Shown: piece by piece, positions 29,813-39,306 of the stretch
Position numbering within the stretch: position 1 is the first letter of the stretch
Layout of the letters: the number at the start of each line of letters is the position of its first letter
Origin: an uncultured Acidimicrobiales bacterium
GTDB lineage: Bacteria > Actinomycetota > Actinomycetes > Mycobacteriales > QHCE01
Assembly (NCBI GenBank): GCA_963736285.1
Contig: CAVTOA010000003.1
Span: 925,558 to 989,557 of the forward strand
Length of the DNA: 64,000 nucleotides
Reading direction: 5' to 3'
Made by a program: the position numbers and the translations under genes
The notes under the pieces: model-generated
What the model was told of the DNA's origin: nothing
What the model saw: the letters and a program-made list of their open reading frames with translations, nothing else
The model's database searches: none

Positions 29813-30365
29813 CTAATTCCGATGAACTTTGTGGTTTGATGCTTGCGCTCTCGGGCGGACGACGAGCAGATCGATGTTGACGTGCGCTGGGCGGGTGGCG
29901 GCCCAGGCGATGCACTCTGCGACATCCTCGGCGACTAGCGGTTCCGGAACGCCGGCGTAGACGGCGGTAGCACGTTCTGAGTCACCGGAGAACCGCACCA
30001 GCGAAAACTCCTCTGTCCGCACCCCCGGGGTCAGCATTCTCGATGGGGTCCTGCCCCTTGGCGCCTCCGGCGTTGTTGACCAGCAGCTGGAGGTGGCCCG
30101 GAAGTGCATCAACGGCACGAGCGAAGTCATCGACAGAGTCTTGTTCTGTCACATCCAGGGTGAGCGCGGTGCCGCCTATCTCCGCTGCCATGGCGTCGAG
30201 CCGGTCGCGTCTCCGGGCGCCCACGATGACGTGGAAGCCGTCCGTTGCCAGTCGGCGAGCGGTCGCGGCTCCGATCCCGCTGCTGGCGCCCGTGACGACC
30301 GCGAGGGGCTTTACTGGGGTGTTTTCCGGTTGATGTTCTCGGCTCAGGCTCATAGCAGCTCCCAC
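29813..30365 (-). pseudogene. short-chain dehydrogenase/reductase remnant with internal deletion (Rv0484c-like)
   Basis: The N-part (VTGASSGIG ... NNAGGAKGQDPIENAD) and C-part (PGVRTEEFSLVRFSGD ... HVNIDLLVVRP) lie in different frames and join near 30023-30032. About 70 aa including the catalytic Ser-Tyr-Lys are absent. Span is 553 nt, not a multiple of 3. Confidence 0.7.
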
Positions 30366-30501
30366 TGACCGATTTCGGAGGTAAAGCGGCGAGCCACGTA
30401 GGCCAGTCTGGCTTCGCTGGCTGAGGTTGCCACATGGAAATGCGGTTGCGCCGTTGGGGGTTGATGTCTATCGCGGAAACTGACCGAGGAGAATTACGAC
30501 G

Positions 30502-31779
30502 GTGATACGGCGTCTTGCGACCATCTCTATGCACACCTCCCCGCTAGACCAACCCGGAACCGGTGACGCCGGAGGCATGAATGTCTATCTCGCCGAAACG
30601 TCGAAACGCATTGCTGAGCGCGGCGTGCAGGTAGAAGTTTTTACTCGAGCCACGAGCTCCCAGGCGCCGCAGAGCATGGAGCTGGCCCCCGGTGTGTTGG
30701 TGCGCAATGTGCCTGCCGGTCCGTTCGAGGGCAACAACAAAGACGATTTACCCGGGCAGTTGTGTGCCTTCACCTGGGACGTTTTACGCGCGCACGCTGT
30801 CGGTGAGGCAGATAGCGCCGCCACCGGATTCGACGCTATCCATTCGCATTATTGGCTTTCCGGGCAGGCGGGGCGTGCCGCACGTCGTCGCTGGGGCGTG
30901 CCGCTCGTGCACACCGCACATACGTTAGGCCGGGTCAAAAACGCCCATCTTGCGCCCGGTGATCGCCCTGAGTCGGCGGTGCGCATCACCGGAGAGCAGC
31001 TGGTGTCCAATGAGGCCGATGCGCTGGTGGCCAACACCGACGATGAGGCGCGGCAGCTCTGTCACCGATACGGCGCCTGTGGCGTGAAGGTCGAGGTTGT
31101 GCCGCCAGGGGTCGACCTTGAGGTCTTTCATCCGGGCGCCGAAGCCGCTCGTGTAGCGGCCCGGAACAAGTGGGGGGTGCCAGCGGACCATTTTGTGGCG
31201 CTCTTCGTTGGACGAATTCAGCCGCTAAAAGCCCCGGACGTGCTGGTACGTGCGGCGGCTCGGCTCGCGGTGCAGCCGGCACTGCGTAATCGACTGACCG
31301 TTGTCATCTGCGGTGGCCAGAGCGGCTCGGGATATGGCGAGGCAGAACTTAGAGGCCTGGCGGCAGGTTTGGGCTTAAGCGAGGTCGTGCGATTTGTGGA
31401 GCCGCTGCCGGCAGCGCAATTGGCGGAACTGTATCGGGCCGCCGACGTCACGGTGGCGCCGAGCAGAAGTGAATCGTTTGGTTTGGTCGCGGTGGAGTCG
31501 CAGGCGTGTGGCACACCGGTGGTCGCTGCTGCTGTCGGTGGGTTGTTGACCGCGGTTGCTGACGGCAGCTCCGGGGTGCTTGTGGGCGGCCATCGTCCGG
31601 ACGACTATGCAACCGTGCTGCAACGAATGGCCGAGTCTCCGCAATGGCGTGCGTCGCTGTCGGCCGGCGCGGTGCGTCACGCGTCTGCGTTCTCGTGGGA
31701 TCGGACAGTGGACGGACTGCTCGCGGTATACGACCACGTCGCCACCGCGCGCGCCTACCAACTGGCTGAGGCGGTGTGA
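30502..31779 (+). CDS. mshA: D-inositol-3-phosphate glycosyltransferase
   Basis: [20 protein letters not shown]-terminal motif; GT4 fold; 425 aa; GTG start. Confidence 0.9.
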   Translation: MIRRLATISMHTSPLDQPGTGDAGGMNVYLAETSKRIAERGVQVEVFTRATSSQAPQSMELAPGVLVRNVPAGPFEGNNKDDLPGQLCAFTWDVLRAHAVGEADSAATGFDAIHSHYWLSGQAGRAARRRWGVPLVHTAHTLGRVKNAHLAPGDRPESAVRITGEQLVSNEADALVANTDDEARQLCHRYGACGVKVEVVPPGVDLEVFHPGAEAARVAARNKWGVPADHFVALFVGRIQPLKAPDVLVRAAARLAVQPALRNRLTVVICGGQSGSGYGEAELRGLAAGLGLSEVVRFVEPLPAAQLAELYRAADVTVAPSRSESFGLVAVESQACGTPVVAAAVGGLLTAVADGSSGVLVGGHRPDDYATVLQRMAESPQWRASLSAGAVRHASAFSWDRTVDGLLAVYDHVATARAYQLAEAV

Positions 31780-31782
31780 TCC

Positions 31783-32277
31783 GTGGCAGAGGCTAAGGAA
31801 AGACTCGTCGGCTATCTTGACCAGCTCGGCGCCGATTACGAACGGCAGGGCGACGACCATCTCGTCGTCACGTTGCCGGGGATCGCCAAACAGCAGACCA
31901 TCTGCCATCTGATCGTGGGTGATCATGCGCTACGCATCGAAGCGTTTGTGATGCGCCACCCGGACGAAAACCACCAACAGCTTTACGAGTATGTGCTGCG
32001 TGCCAACGCCCGTATGTATGCGGTGGCGTTCAGTATTGACGCCGCCGGCGATGTGTTCTTGGCCGGGCGAGTTGCGCTGGATTCACTGAGCCTCGAGGAG
32101 CTTGACCGGCTGCTCGGGTCGGTGGCGCAATACGCTGACAGCACCTTTAACCAGCTGCTGACAATTGGCTTCCCGTCCGCCATTCGTCGCGAATGGGCCT
32201 GGCGTGAATCCCGGGGCGAGTCGCTGGCCAACTTGGCCGCCTTCGCCGACTGGGCCCAGGTGCCTGGGCAGCAGTAG
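31783..32277 (+). CDS. YbjN-domain protein (Rv0487-like)
   Basis: 164 aa directly after mshA as in M. tuberculosis. Family assignment from memory. Confidence 0.65.
   Translation: MAEAKERLVGYLDQLGADYERQGDDHLVVTLPGIAKQQTICHLIVGDHALRIEAFVMRHPDENHQQLYEYVLRANARMYAVAFSIDAAGDVFLAGRVALDSLSLEELDRLLGSVAQYADSTFNQLLTIGFPSAIRREWAWRESRGESLANLAAFADWAQVPGQQ
32164..32253. repeat. direct repeat copy A (3' end of the ybjN-like gene)
   Basis: 84/90 identical by hand alignment to 33225-33314. Confidence 0.9.
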
Positions 32278-32383
32278 TGAGGCAAGTCCCGGGTGGCCCG
32301 CACATCCTTGCTTTACCCCTGGCGGCTCCGTAGATTAGGGGTGAGCTGTCCGTACGTTGTACGGACGACAGAGAGGATGGGCG

Positions 32384-32665
32384 ATGACCGCGCCAACTAA
32401 GCGGCTGGAAGTAAGGCTCGATGCTGCGGACAAAAAACTGATTGAGCGAGCCGCACAGCTGCGCCGAGAGACAATGACCGCATTCGTGTTGAGGAATGCT
32501 CGCGAAGCTGCACGTGAGACGCTCCGCCGCGAGCAGGTGACAACTGTGCCTTCCGATTTTTACGACCAGATGATCGCCTCACTCGATGCTCAACCAGCAC
32601 CAAATGGAGCCCTCACTGATGCTGCCCGCCGACTACGCGACTCAGTCGATGGGGGCGGAGAGTGA
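32384..32665 (+). CDS. tacA: DUF1778-family (TacA/AtaR-type RHH) antitoxin
   Basis: TKRLEVRLDAADKKLIERAAQLRRETMTAFV is the DUF1778 pattern. RBS GAGAGGA before ATG 32384. GTGA overlap with the toxin gene. Confidence 0.8.
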   Translation: MTAPTKRLEVRLDAADKKLIERAAQLRRETMTAFVLRNAREAARETLRREQVTTVPSDFYDQMIASLDAQPAPNGALTDAARRLRDSVDGGGE

Positions 32666-33171
32666 GTGCATCGTTCGCCACCACTGCGCTGTCGGGTGTT
32701 CACCGCTTAGATGACTTTGACTGTGGTCAGCCCCAGCTGAACAGTTGGCTTGCTCATTCAGCCCGTCACTCCATGTCTAATAACACCGCCCGCACTTTCG
32801 TGTGGACACCACGGGACGAACGGGAGCGGGTTGTGGCGTATTACTCACTGGCCGGACACGTTATTGAGCGGAGTGCTATGCCAGCCAAGATTGGGCGTGG
32901 GAGTCCGGATTCCTCGCCAGCAGTGCTGTTGGCCCGGCTCGCGGTGGCCAAAAACATGCAAGGCGAAGGGTTGGGCGCGATGCTGCTGGCGGAGGCGCTC
33001 ACTCGGGCGGCTCGTACGGCGCAGATCGTGGCCGCCCGGTTCGTCGTGGTTGATGCCATCGACGAGTCGGCTGCCATGTTTTATGCCAGGTACGGATTCA
33101 CTCGCATTCTCGGCGACAGCCGCCTCTTTCGGAAGATGAGTGACATCGCCCGGGACGTGCTGCAGTTCTGA
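32662..33171 (+). CDS. tacT: GNAT-family acetyltransferase toxin (TacT/AtaT type)
   Basis: 169 aa. GNAT acetyl-CoA loop QGEGLGAMLL; C-terminal FYARYGF. Translationally coupled to the DUF1778 gene. Confidence 0.8.
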   Translation: MSASFATTALSGVHRLDDFDCGQPQLNSWLAHSARHSMSNNTARTFVWTPRDERERVVAYYSLAGHVIERSAMPAKIGRGSPDSSPAVLLARLAVAKNMQGEGLGAMLLAEALTRAARTAQIVAARFVVVDAIDESAAMFYARYGFTRILGDSRLFRKMSDIARDVLQF

Positions 33172-33224
33172 TTCAGACACGAACGGTTTCCCCACGCACC
33201 GAGTACGTTCAAATGCTGTTGATG

Positions 33225-33314
33225 ATTGGCTTCCCGTCCGCCATTCGTCGCGGATTGGCCTGGCGTGAATCCCGCGGCGAGTCGCTGGCAAACCTAGCCG
33301 CCTTCGCCGACTGG
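33225..33314. repeat. direct repeat copy B (orphan duplicate of the ybjN-like 3' end)
   Basis: Translates to GFPSAIRRGLAWRESRGESLANLAAFADW versus GFPSAIRREWAWRESRGESLANLAAFADW in the intact gene. No upstream gene body. Confidence 0.9.
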
Positions 33315-33524
33315 CCTCGGTGCCTGAAGTTGAGTAGCCGGTGGGGCTGGGCAGATAACGACCGTGTGCTCGTCTATTCGGGACAAGTCACCGTAATTAT
33401 CTCGAGGTCGCTAGGTCTGATATCGGACTAACGGGTCGTTCGACATGAGTTACCAACCAGCGAAGGTAAAGTTAGCGGGCGCAAGTTAGGCTGAGGCGAC
33501 GGGCTAAGCGTCAGGAGGTGCGGC

Positions 33525-33767
33525 ATGGCAGCGCGCAATTCGGCAGGTTTCAGTTGGGCGAGAATGCTCACAGCTACTGGCAAAGTTGGAAAAGGAACCA
33601 AAGACATGTGGGACCATGCCGTTGCCGTCCTCACGCGAGGAGGCAAGTGGATGATGGGCTTGGTTATGAAGGCGCGGGCAGTTGCTGAAAAGGCGCAGAC
33701 AACCACCCCACGATCCGGCGAAACGCCCGCTCCTAATGGGCAACACGTAAAAAGAGTAGCTGTCTAG
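33525..33767 (+). CDS. hypothetical small basic protein
   Basis: Strong RBS AGGAGG 6 nt before ATG 33525; 80 aa; no recognisable family. Confidence 0.3.
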   Translation: MAARNSAGFSWARMLTATGKVGKGTKDMWDHAVAVLTRGGKWMMGLVMKARAVAEKAQTTTPRSGETPAPNGQHVKRVAV

Positions 33768-33949
33768 CCTTTCGCTGCGTCTGGCTTGCACGCAGTCGCC
33801 CCCGCTCACAGTTGCCGGTGTACCCCGCGCCGGTGCGCCCGCAATACGAGTGCGTAATAAAGCGGGTTATCGTCCGCCCATGCGCGTCCGTGTGACCGTC
33901 GCCTTGCTGCCACTGCGCAGTGTGCCGTCCCGGCTTATGACTGCCGCCT

Positions 33950-34351
33950 TCATGTGAGTTCGGTGAGAAGGTTTTCTACCCGTGTCTGGATGTCATCGCG
34001 AATACCGCGAACCGCATTGAGGTCTTGGCCGCCTGGGTCATCTACTGGCCAATCTTGGTAGCGCTTGCCCGGGAAAACAGGACAAGCATCCCCACAGCCC
34101 ATCGTGATGATCACATCGGCGGCCTTGGCGTTACCCCAGGTGAGCTTGGTCGGTGTTTGGCCGCCGATATCGATGCCGACCTCAGCCATGGCCTGCACCG
34201 CCATGGGGTTGATGGCGTCAGCCGGCTCAGAGCCCGCAGAGTAGATCTCCACCCTGTCGGCGGCCAGGTGGTACAGCCAGCCAGCGGCCATGAGGGATCG
34301 GCCCGCGTTGTGCACGCACACAAACAACACGATTGGCTTGTTGGTCTTCAT
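33950..34351 (-). CDS. arsC: arsenate reductase / LMW-PTP family
   Basis: CVHNAGRS CX5R P-loop and downstream CGDAC. Start set at MKTNKPIVLFV. Confidence 0.8.
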   Translation of the reverse strand: MKTNKPIVLFVCVHNAGRSLMAAGWLYHLAADRVEIYSAGSEPADAINPMAVQAMAEVGIDIGGQTPTKLTWGNAKAADVIITMGCGDACPVFPGKRYQDWPVDDPGGQDLNAVRGIRDDIQTRVENLLTELT

Positions 34352-34491
34352 AGAATCTGCGGTGTTCATGCGCTCACGGCCGTCCTGTCGGGCAACTCTG
34401 ATAGTGCTTGCAGTGCGTGGGGTTTGATACTAGTTAGTGGGGGCTGCCCCCAAAGCAGACCCTTCAATGCTCGGTGTCTGGGTGCAGACCG

Positions 34492-35991
34492 TTAATGGCT
34501 GTTGGTGAGTTCCCCAGACAGCGTTTGGTGCATTTCCTCGCTGGGCTGGTTCAAACCGATGATTTCTACGGTTTTTTCACGTGTTTCATATTTGGTGGTG
34601 ATGGCATCGAGGGCGGCGATTGAGGAGGCATCCCAAATGTGGGCGTCAGTTAAATCGATGACGACATGGTCGGGGTCGTTTGCGCAGTCGAATTGATACA
34701 CCAAGTCGTTGGAGGACGCGAAGAACAACTCACCGGTCACTGCATAGACAACATGCCCGCCCTCGGGGTCGGTGACGGAGGTGACATTGACCAGGTGAGC
34801 GACGTGTTTAGCGAATAGCACCATTGCGGTGATTGAGCCGACAACGACGCCGATAGCGAGGTTGTGGGTGGCGACCACGGTGATGACGGTGATGGCCATG
34901 ACCAGAGTTTCGCTGCGCGGCATTAGTTTCAAAGTCTTGGGGGCGATGGAGTGCCAGTCGAAGGTGAGGAACGCGACCAAGATCATCACTGCGACCAGTG
35001 CCGCCATCGGGATGGTGGACACGGCGGGCCCGAACGCGATGCACAGAACCATCAGAAAGACACCGGCCAGGAAAGTGGACAGTCGGGTACGGGCACCGTT
35101 TTTGACGTTGATCATGGTTTGGCCGATCATCGCGCAACCACCCATACCGCCGAACAACCCGCTAACAATGTTGGCGACACCTTGCCCGATGGATTCGCGG
35201 GTTTTGTTGGAGTGGGTGTCGGTAAGGTCGTCGACGAGTTTGGCGGTCATCATCGACTCCATCAATCCCACCAACGCCAACGCGAGAGCAAATGGCGCGA
35301 TGATCTTGAGAGTGTCGAGGGTGAACGGCACATCGGGCAGGCCCGGTACGGGTAGCGAGGATGGGAGTTGGCCCTTGTCGCCGACTGTGGGCACCGAGAT
35401 GCCGGCCGCAACAGTCAGGCTCGTCAAGATCGCGATGGACACCAAGGGCGCGGGAATCGTTTTGGTGAGTTTCGGGAACACAACCATCGTCACCAAACCA
35501 CCCACCACAAGTGGGTACACGGCCCAGGGCACATTGCGTATTTCGGGGACTTGCGCCAGGAAAATAAGAATGGCTAGGGCGTTGACGAACCCAACCATGA
35601 CACCACGCGGTACGAACCGCATCAGTTTGGCCACACCTAGCGCACCCAACACAATTTGGAACAGCCCACCAACGATGACGGCCGCGATCAGGTAGCCCAG
35701 TCCGTATTGGTGGTTTAGCGGCGCAATAACTAATGCGATCGCGCCGGTTGCCGCAGAGATCATCGCCGGGCGGCCACCGACGATCGCAATGGTGACGGCC
35801 ATGGTGAATGAGGCGAACAAGCCCACGCTCGGATCAACGCCGGCGATGATGGAGAACGAGATCGCCTCCGGAATCAGCGCCAACGCCACCACGAGTCCAG
35901 CCAAAACCTCGGTGCGAAACACTTTCGGGGACAGCCAGCTGGGGCGAAACCGCCGTAGTTGGGCAAGGGGCAGCGCGGTCGTGATCTGCAA
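34492..35991 (-). CDS. SulP-family anion transporter with C-terminal STAS domain
   Basis: 499 aa; polytopic core plus STAS-like tail (VVIDLTDAHIWDASSIAALD). Confidence 0.9.
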   Translation of the reverse strand: MQITTALPLAQLRRFRPSWLSPKVFRTEVLAGLVVALALIPEAISFSIIAGVDPSVGLFASFTMAVTIAIVGGRPAMISAATGAIALVIAPLNHQYGLGYLIAAVIVGGLFQIVLGALGVAKLMRFVPRGVMVGFVNALAILIFLAQVPEIRNVPWAVYPLVVGGLVTMVVFPKLTKTIPAPLVSIAILTSLTVAAGISVPTVGDKGQLPSSLPVPGLPDVPFTLDTLKIIAPFALALALVGLMESMMTAKLVDDLTDTHSNKTRESIGQGVANIVSGLFGGMGGCAMIGQTMINVKNGARTRLSTFLAGVFLMVLCIAFGPAVSTIPMAALVAVMILVAFLTFDWHSIAPKTLKLMPRSETLVMAITVITVVATHNLAIGVVVGSITAMVLFAKHVAHLVNVTSVTDPEGGHVVYAVTGELFFASSNDLVYQFDCANDPDHVVIDLTDAHIWDASSIAALDAITTKYETREKTVEIIGLNQPSEEMHQTLSGELTNSH

Positions 35992-36105
35992 AACGGTTAC
36001 CTATCCAAGTCGTGCGTCATCGCTAAGCGTTGAAGGTGGTCTCGGGAGTGCACCCGATGAGATCCGGGAGAATAGGGTGGGGCGACAGCCACACACTCAC
36101 GAATA

Positions 36106-36131
36106 ACTCTACTCTAACGTAAGGGTAGAGT
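36106..36131. promoter_or_regulatory. imperfect dyad in the SulP/MerR divergent spacer (candidate MerR operator)
   Basis: ACTCTACTC-taacgtaa-GGGTAGAGT: 8/9 complementary arms, 44 bp upstream of the merR-like ATG. Confidence 0.35.
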
Positions 36132-36174
36132 GCGACGTCTAGGGTGCTGATAGAGATCCAGCTCACAAGGGAGC

Positions 36175-36567
36175 ATGAGTATGGAAAGCGGGCATGCGCA
36201 GATCGGTGAGGTCGCCGCACGTACTGAGCTATCGCTACGCACCATCCGTCACTACGAGGAGATTGGCTTGGTAACACCTTCGGCGCGTAGCCACGGTGGC
36301 TTCCGTCTATATACCGAAGGCGACGTGGTGCGGCTACTGCTCATCCGGCGTATGAAACCCCTCGGTTTCACCCTCGAAGAAATGCGAGATTTGCTCGATA
36401 TTACGGCGCGGCTCGATAGCCCCGATGCCGTCACGGCAGCTGAGCGTGACGCGCTGACGCAGCGACTGCGGCAATATCACGAAAAGGCCCTTGACCGTGT
36501 TCGCGACCTACATATACAGGTTCAACGCGCCGAAGAATTTGCTACCGCGTTGGGAAAACGCCTCTAG
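36175..36567 (+). CDS. MerR-family transcriptional regulator
   Basis: IGEVAARTELSLRTIRHYEEIGLV HTH; coiled-coil C-terminus without metal-binding Cys. Confidence 0.85.
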   Translation: MSMESGHAQIGEVAARTELSLRTIRHYEEIGLVTPSARSHGGFRLYTEGDVVRLLLIRRMKPLGFTLEEMRDLLDITARLDSPDAVTAAERDALTQRLRQYHEKALDRVRDLHIQVQRAEEFATALGKRL

Positions 36568-36941
36568 ATCGCCGCATCGTCAGTCTTCGGCGTTGAGTCG
36601 CGATTGGCAGTACGAGTTGCTTGGCTATTCGGGTTCATATAGGGAAACCAGTCCTCAAAGACGGGTCGGACTGACAAGCAGGTCAGCATCGTTGTACTGG
36701 CTAGCCATAGTCTCTCGACCGCCGGCCAGCTTTGAAAACAGCCGTAGCCTTAGACGAACGTCAGAAAATCGATACGAGTCGGTTGCGTATCTAAATCGAC
36801 CGTGCCTACCATTGCTGTCGCTGCGCGTATGTAGCGATTGTGAGCGATATTCACTCCAACTGAACGCGGTATTGGCGAACACATCCGTCGGGCGCCGGTG
36901 CGCGCCCTCCTGTCCGAACCCCTGCACGGGAAGTCCCATTT

Positions 36942-38579
36942 ATGGATCCGCAGACAATTTATCGACGTCGCTGGGGCATTTTGAGCGTCCTTGTCCTCTG
37001 CTTGTTAGTCGTCATTCTCGACAACACGATTCTGAACGTTGCCCTCAAAACGATCCAAGAAGATCTGGACGCAAGTCAGAGTCAGCTCGAGTGGGCGGTC
37101 AATTCCTATACCTTGGTTTTTGCGGGACTCATGTTCACCGCGGGCATTTTGGGTGACCGGTTTGGCCGGCGGTTGTTCCTGATAGCCGGGCTCCTGCTTT
37201 TTGGCGGAGCATCGGCACTCTCGGCATGGTCCGGCAGCGCGGACAGGCTCATCGCAACCCGGGCACTTATGGGTATCGGTGCGGCTATGGTGCAGCCGCA
37301 GACGTTGTCGATCATTACCAACGTTTTTCCCGCGCGAGAACGCGGCAAAGCCATTGGCGTGTGGGCCGGCTTCAGCGGGTTGGCGATCGCGCTCGGCCCT
37401 GTCACCGGCGGGTTTTTGCTGGAGCACTTTTGGTGGGGCTCGGTGTTCTTAGTCAATGTGCCGTTCGTGATTGTGGGCGCTGTCCTACTAGGACTTTTTG
37501 TGCCGGAGTCTCGTGATCCGTCGCCCCAACGCATTGACCCACTCGGTGTGCTGCTGTCGGTGGCCGGGTTGACGGCGCTTGTGTACGGCATTGTGAAGGG
37601 CGGCAACCTCAATGACTGGACCGCTCCACAGGTGACGGTGCCGATTGTCGGCGGCATTGTGCTGCTGGCGGTTTTCGCGATGGTGGAGCGGCGCAGTTCG
37701 CATCCGTCGTTGGATGTCAGCCTGTTCCGTAAGCCGGCGTTCTCGGCCGCCACAGTATCGATTGGCCTTACCTTCTTCGCGATGATGGGCGCCACGTTCT
37801 ATATGACGTTCTATCTGCAAGCGGTGCGAGGTTACGCTCCGCTGCCCGCGGGCGCGCTCGTCGTGCCGGTGTCTATCGCGATTGGCATTACCGCGCCATT
37901 GTCGAGCAGGTTTGTGCGTCGGTTCGGCACAAAATCGGTGGTCACCGTGGGCATGCTCGTGACCGGGCTTGCGCTTGGCTCGTACTTCTTCGTCGGGCGT
38001 GAGACTCCTATTTGGATGCTGGAAGTGATCGTGTTCACGATGGGCCTTGGCATGGGCAATGTGATGGCGCCCGCCACGTCGTCGATTATGGGCACTGTTC
38101 CCAAGCAGAAAGCCGGCGCCGGCTCGGCGGTCAACAACACGATTCGAATGGTGGGTGGCGCGCTAGGCGTTGCCATCCTGGGCTCGGTGCTGTCGGCTAA
38201 TTACCGCTCCAGTCTTGGCGATCAGGTTAATGTCCTTCCGGCGGCTGCCCGGCACGACGCGGGCGAGTCCATTGGTGGCACGCTCGATGCGGCAGGCAAG
38301 CTTGCGGGTGCGGTCAAAGCTGGTCAGGCGCCGCCACAGGTTCTAGCACAGCTTCCCAATCTGGTGGACGCGGCTAAAGACTCATTCGTGCAGGCGATGC
38401 ACGTCACGTCGGCATTCGCTTTTGTCGTCGTCTGGTGCGGCGCTTTTCTAGCTGCGCGCTTTTTGCCCGGCAAACGAGCCGAGGTTGCGGCCGGCGACGC
38501 CGAGTATGCCGCCGAGCAGAAGGCCATGGCTGACGGGAAGAAGACGGGGGACGAACCCTTGTTGGAAGGTGACGAATGA
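36942..38579 (+). CDS. MFS transporter, DHA2 (14-TMS EmrB/QacA-like) family
   Basis: 545 aa; GILGDRFGRR motif A; about 14 hydrophobic segments. Confidence 0.9.
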   Translation: MDPQTIYRRRWGILSVLVLCLLVVILDNTILNVALKTIQEDLDASQSQLEWAVNSYTLVFAGLMFTAGILGDRFGRRLFLIAGLLLFGGASALSAWSGSADRLIATRALMGIGAAMVQPQTLSIITNVFPARERGKAIGVWAGFSGLAIALGPVTGGFLLEHFWWGSVFLVNVPFVIVGAVLLGLFVPESRDPSPQRIDPLGVLLSVAGLTALVYGIVKGGNLNDWTAPQVTVPIVGGIVLLAVFAMVERRSSHPSLDVSLFRKPAFSAATVSIGLTFFAMMGATFYMTFYLQAVRGYAPLPAGALVVPVSIAIGITAPLSSRFVRRFGTKSVVTVGMLVTGLALGSYFFVGRETPIWMLEVIVFTMGLGMGNVMAPATSSIMGTVPKQKAGAGSAVNNTIRMVGGALGVAILGSVLSANYRSSLGDQVNVLPAAARHDAGESIGGTLDAAGKLAGAVKAGQAPPQVLAQLPNLVDAAKDSFVQAMHVTSAFAFVVVWCGAFLAARFLPGKRAEVAAGDAEYAAEQKAMADGKKTGDEPLLEGDE

Positions 38580-39214
38580 GCCCGGGCGAGAAATCGCGAG
38601 CTGTCGTTCTGACACAGACTCAGACGAAAGTGGGGCGCCGGCCAGGTCGGCCTCGCAGCGAGGAAGTGGAGAAGGCGATCCTCGATGCTGCGCTGGAAGT
38701 CGTGGCCGACGAAGGGCTTCCGGCGCTGAGTATTGAAGCGGTCGCGCACCGAGCAAAGGTCGCCAAAACGACGATCTATCGTCGTTGGGGTAGCAAAGGC
38801 GAGCTACTGGTGGACGCTGTTGCTCGGCTGAAGGGCCCGATACCCGTTCCACCTGGTGATGGGGTCCGGTCTGATCTCATTTGGCTACTTAAGAGGACCC
38901 GTGACAATGGTCGTCGTGGTCTCGCCGACCGGATCTTTACCAAGCTTTTTGCCGATGCTGAGGTAGTGGGTGAAGGTCTGGTGGAGGCGTGCCGGCAGCG
39001 CACCATCGTGCCTCGGAGGGAAGTCACAAAGTCGGTGCTGGAGCGTGGGGTTGCCGAAGGCATGGTAAGAGACGATACGAACCTGGATCTCGCGGTGGAT
39101 TTGCTGACCGCGCCCGGGATAGTAGCTCGCGCGACCCGTCCCTACCTGCATACTGATGAAGAGATCGCCTCCATCGTCGACATAGTCCTAAGAGGACTCG
39201 CGCCCATTGACTAG
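38576..39214 (+). CDS. TetR/AcrR-family transcriptional regulator
   Basis: N-terminal HTH (LSIEAVAHRAKVAKTTIYRRWGSKGEL). 4-nt overlap with the MFS gene. Confidence 0.9.
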   Translation: MSPGEKSRAVVLTQTQTKVGRRPGRPRSEEVEKAILDAALEVVADEGLPALSIEAVAHRAKVAKTTIYRRWGSKGELLVDAVARLKGPIPVPPGDGVRSDLIWLLKRTRDNGRRGLADRIFTKLFADAEVVGEGLVEACRQRTIVPRREVTKSVLERGVAEGMVRDDTNLDLAVDLLTAPGIVARATRPYLHTDEEIASIVDIVLRGLAPID

Positions 39215-39253
39215 CCCTCGGAACCCCCGCCCCACGCTGTGCCGTGGCTTCTT

Positions 39254-39306
39254 TGTTTGACCGGTGAGATTGCCGGGAAAACACCGGCAATCTCACCGGT
39301 CAAACA
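39254..39306. repeat. 53-nt perfect hairpin (23-bp stem, 7-nt loop)
   Basis: TGTTTGACCGGTGAGATTGCCGG-gaaaaca-CCGGCAATCTCACCGGTCAAACA, in the tetR-gpmA spacer. No flanking U-tract. Confidence 0.95.

Noticed and set aside
33213-33431. 72-aa ORF after tacT
   Set aside because: Its only protein-like part is the duplicated ybjN-like 3' end. I treat it as a repeat scar, not a gene.
34829-35695. 288-aa plus-strand ORF
   Set aside because: It is antisense to the SulP transporter gene.
36568-36941. 370-bp lower-GC spacer upstream of the MFS gene, considered as a riboswitch or sRNA
   Set aside because: I could not recognise any known riboswitch core or conserved structure beyond a short GGGCGC/GCGCCC stem. 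It probably carries the TetR-controlled promoter.
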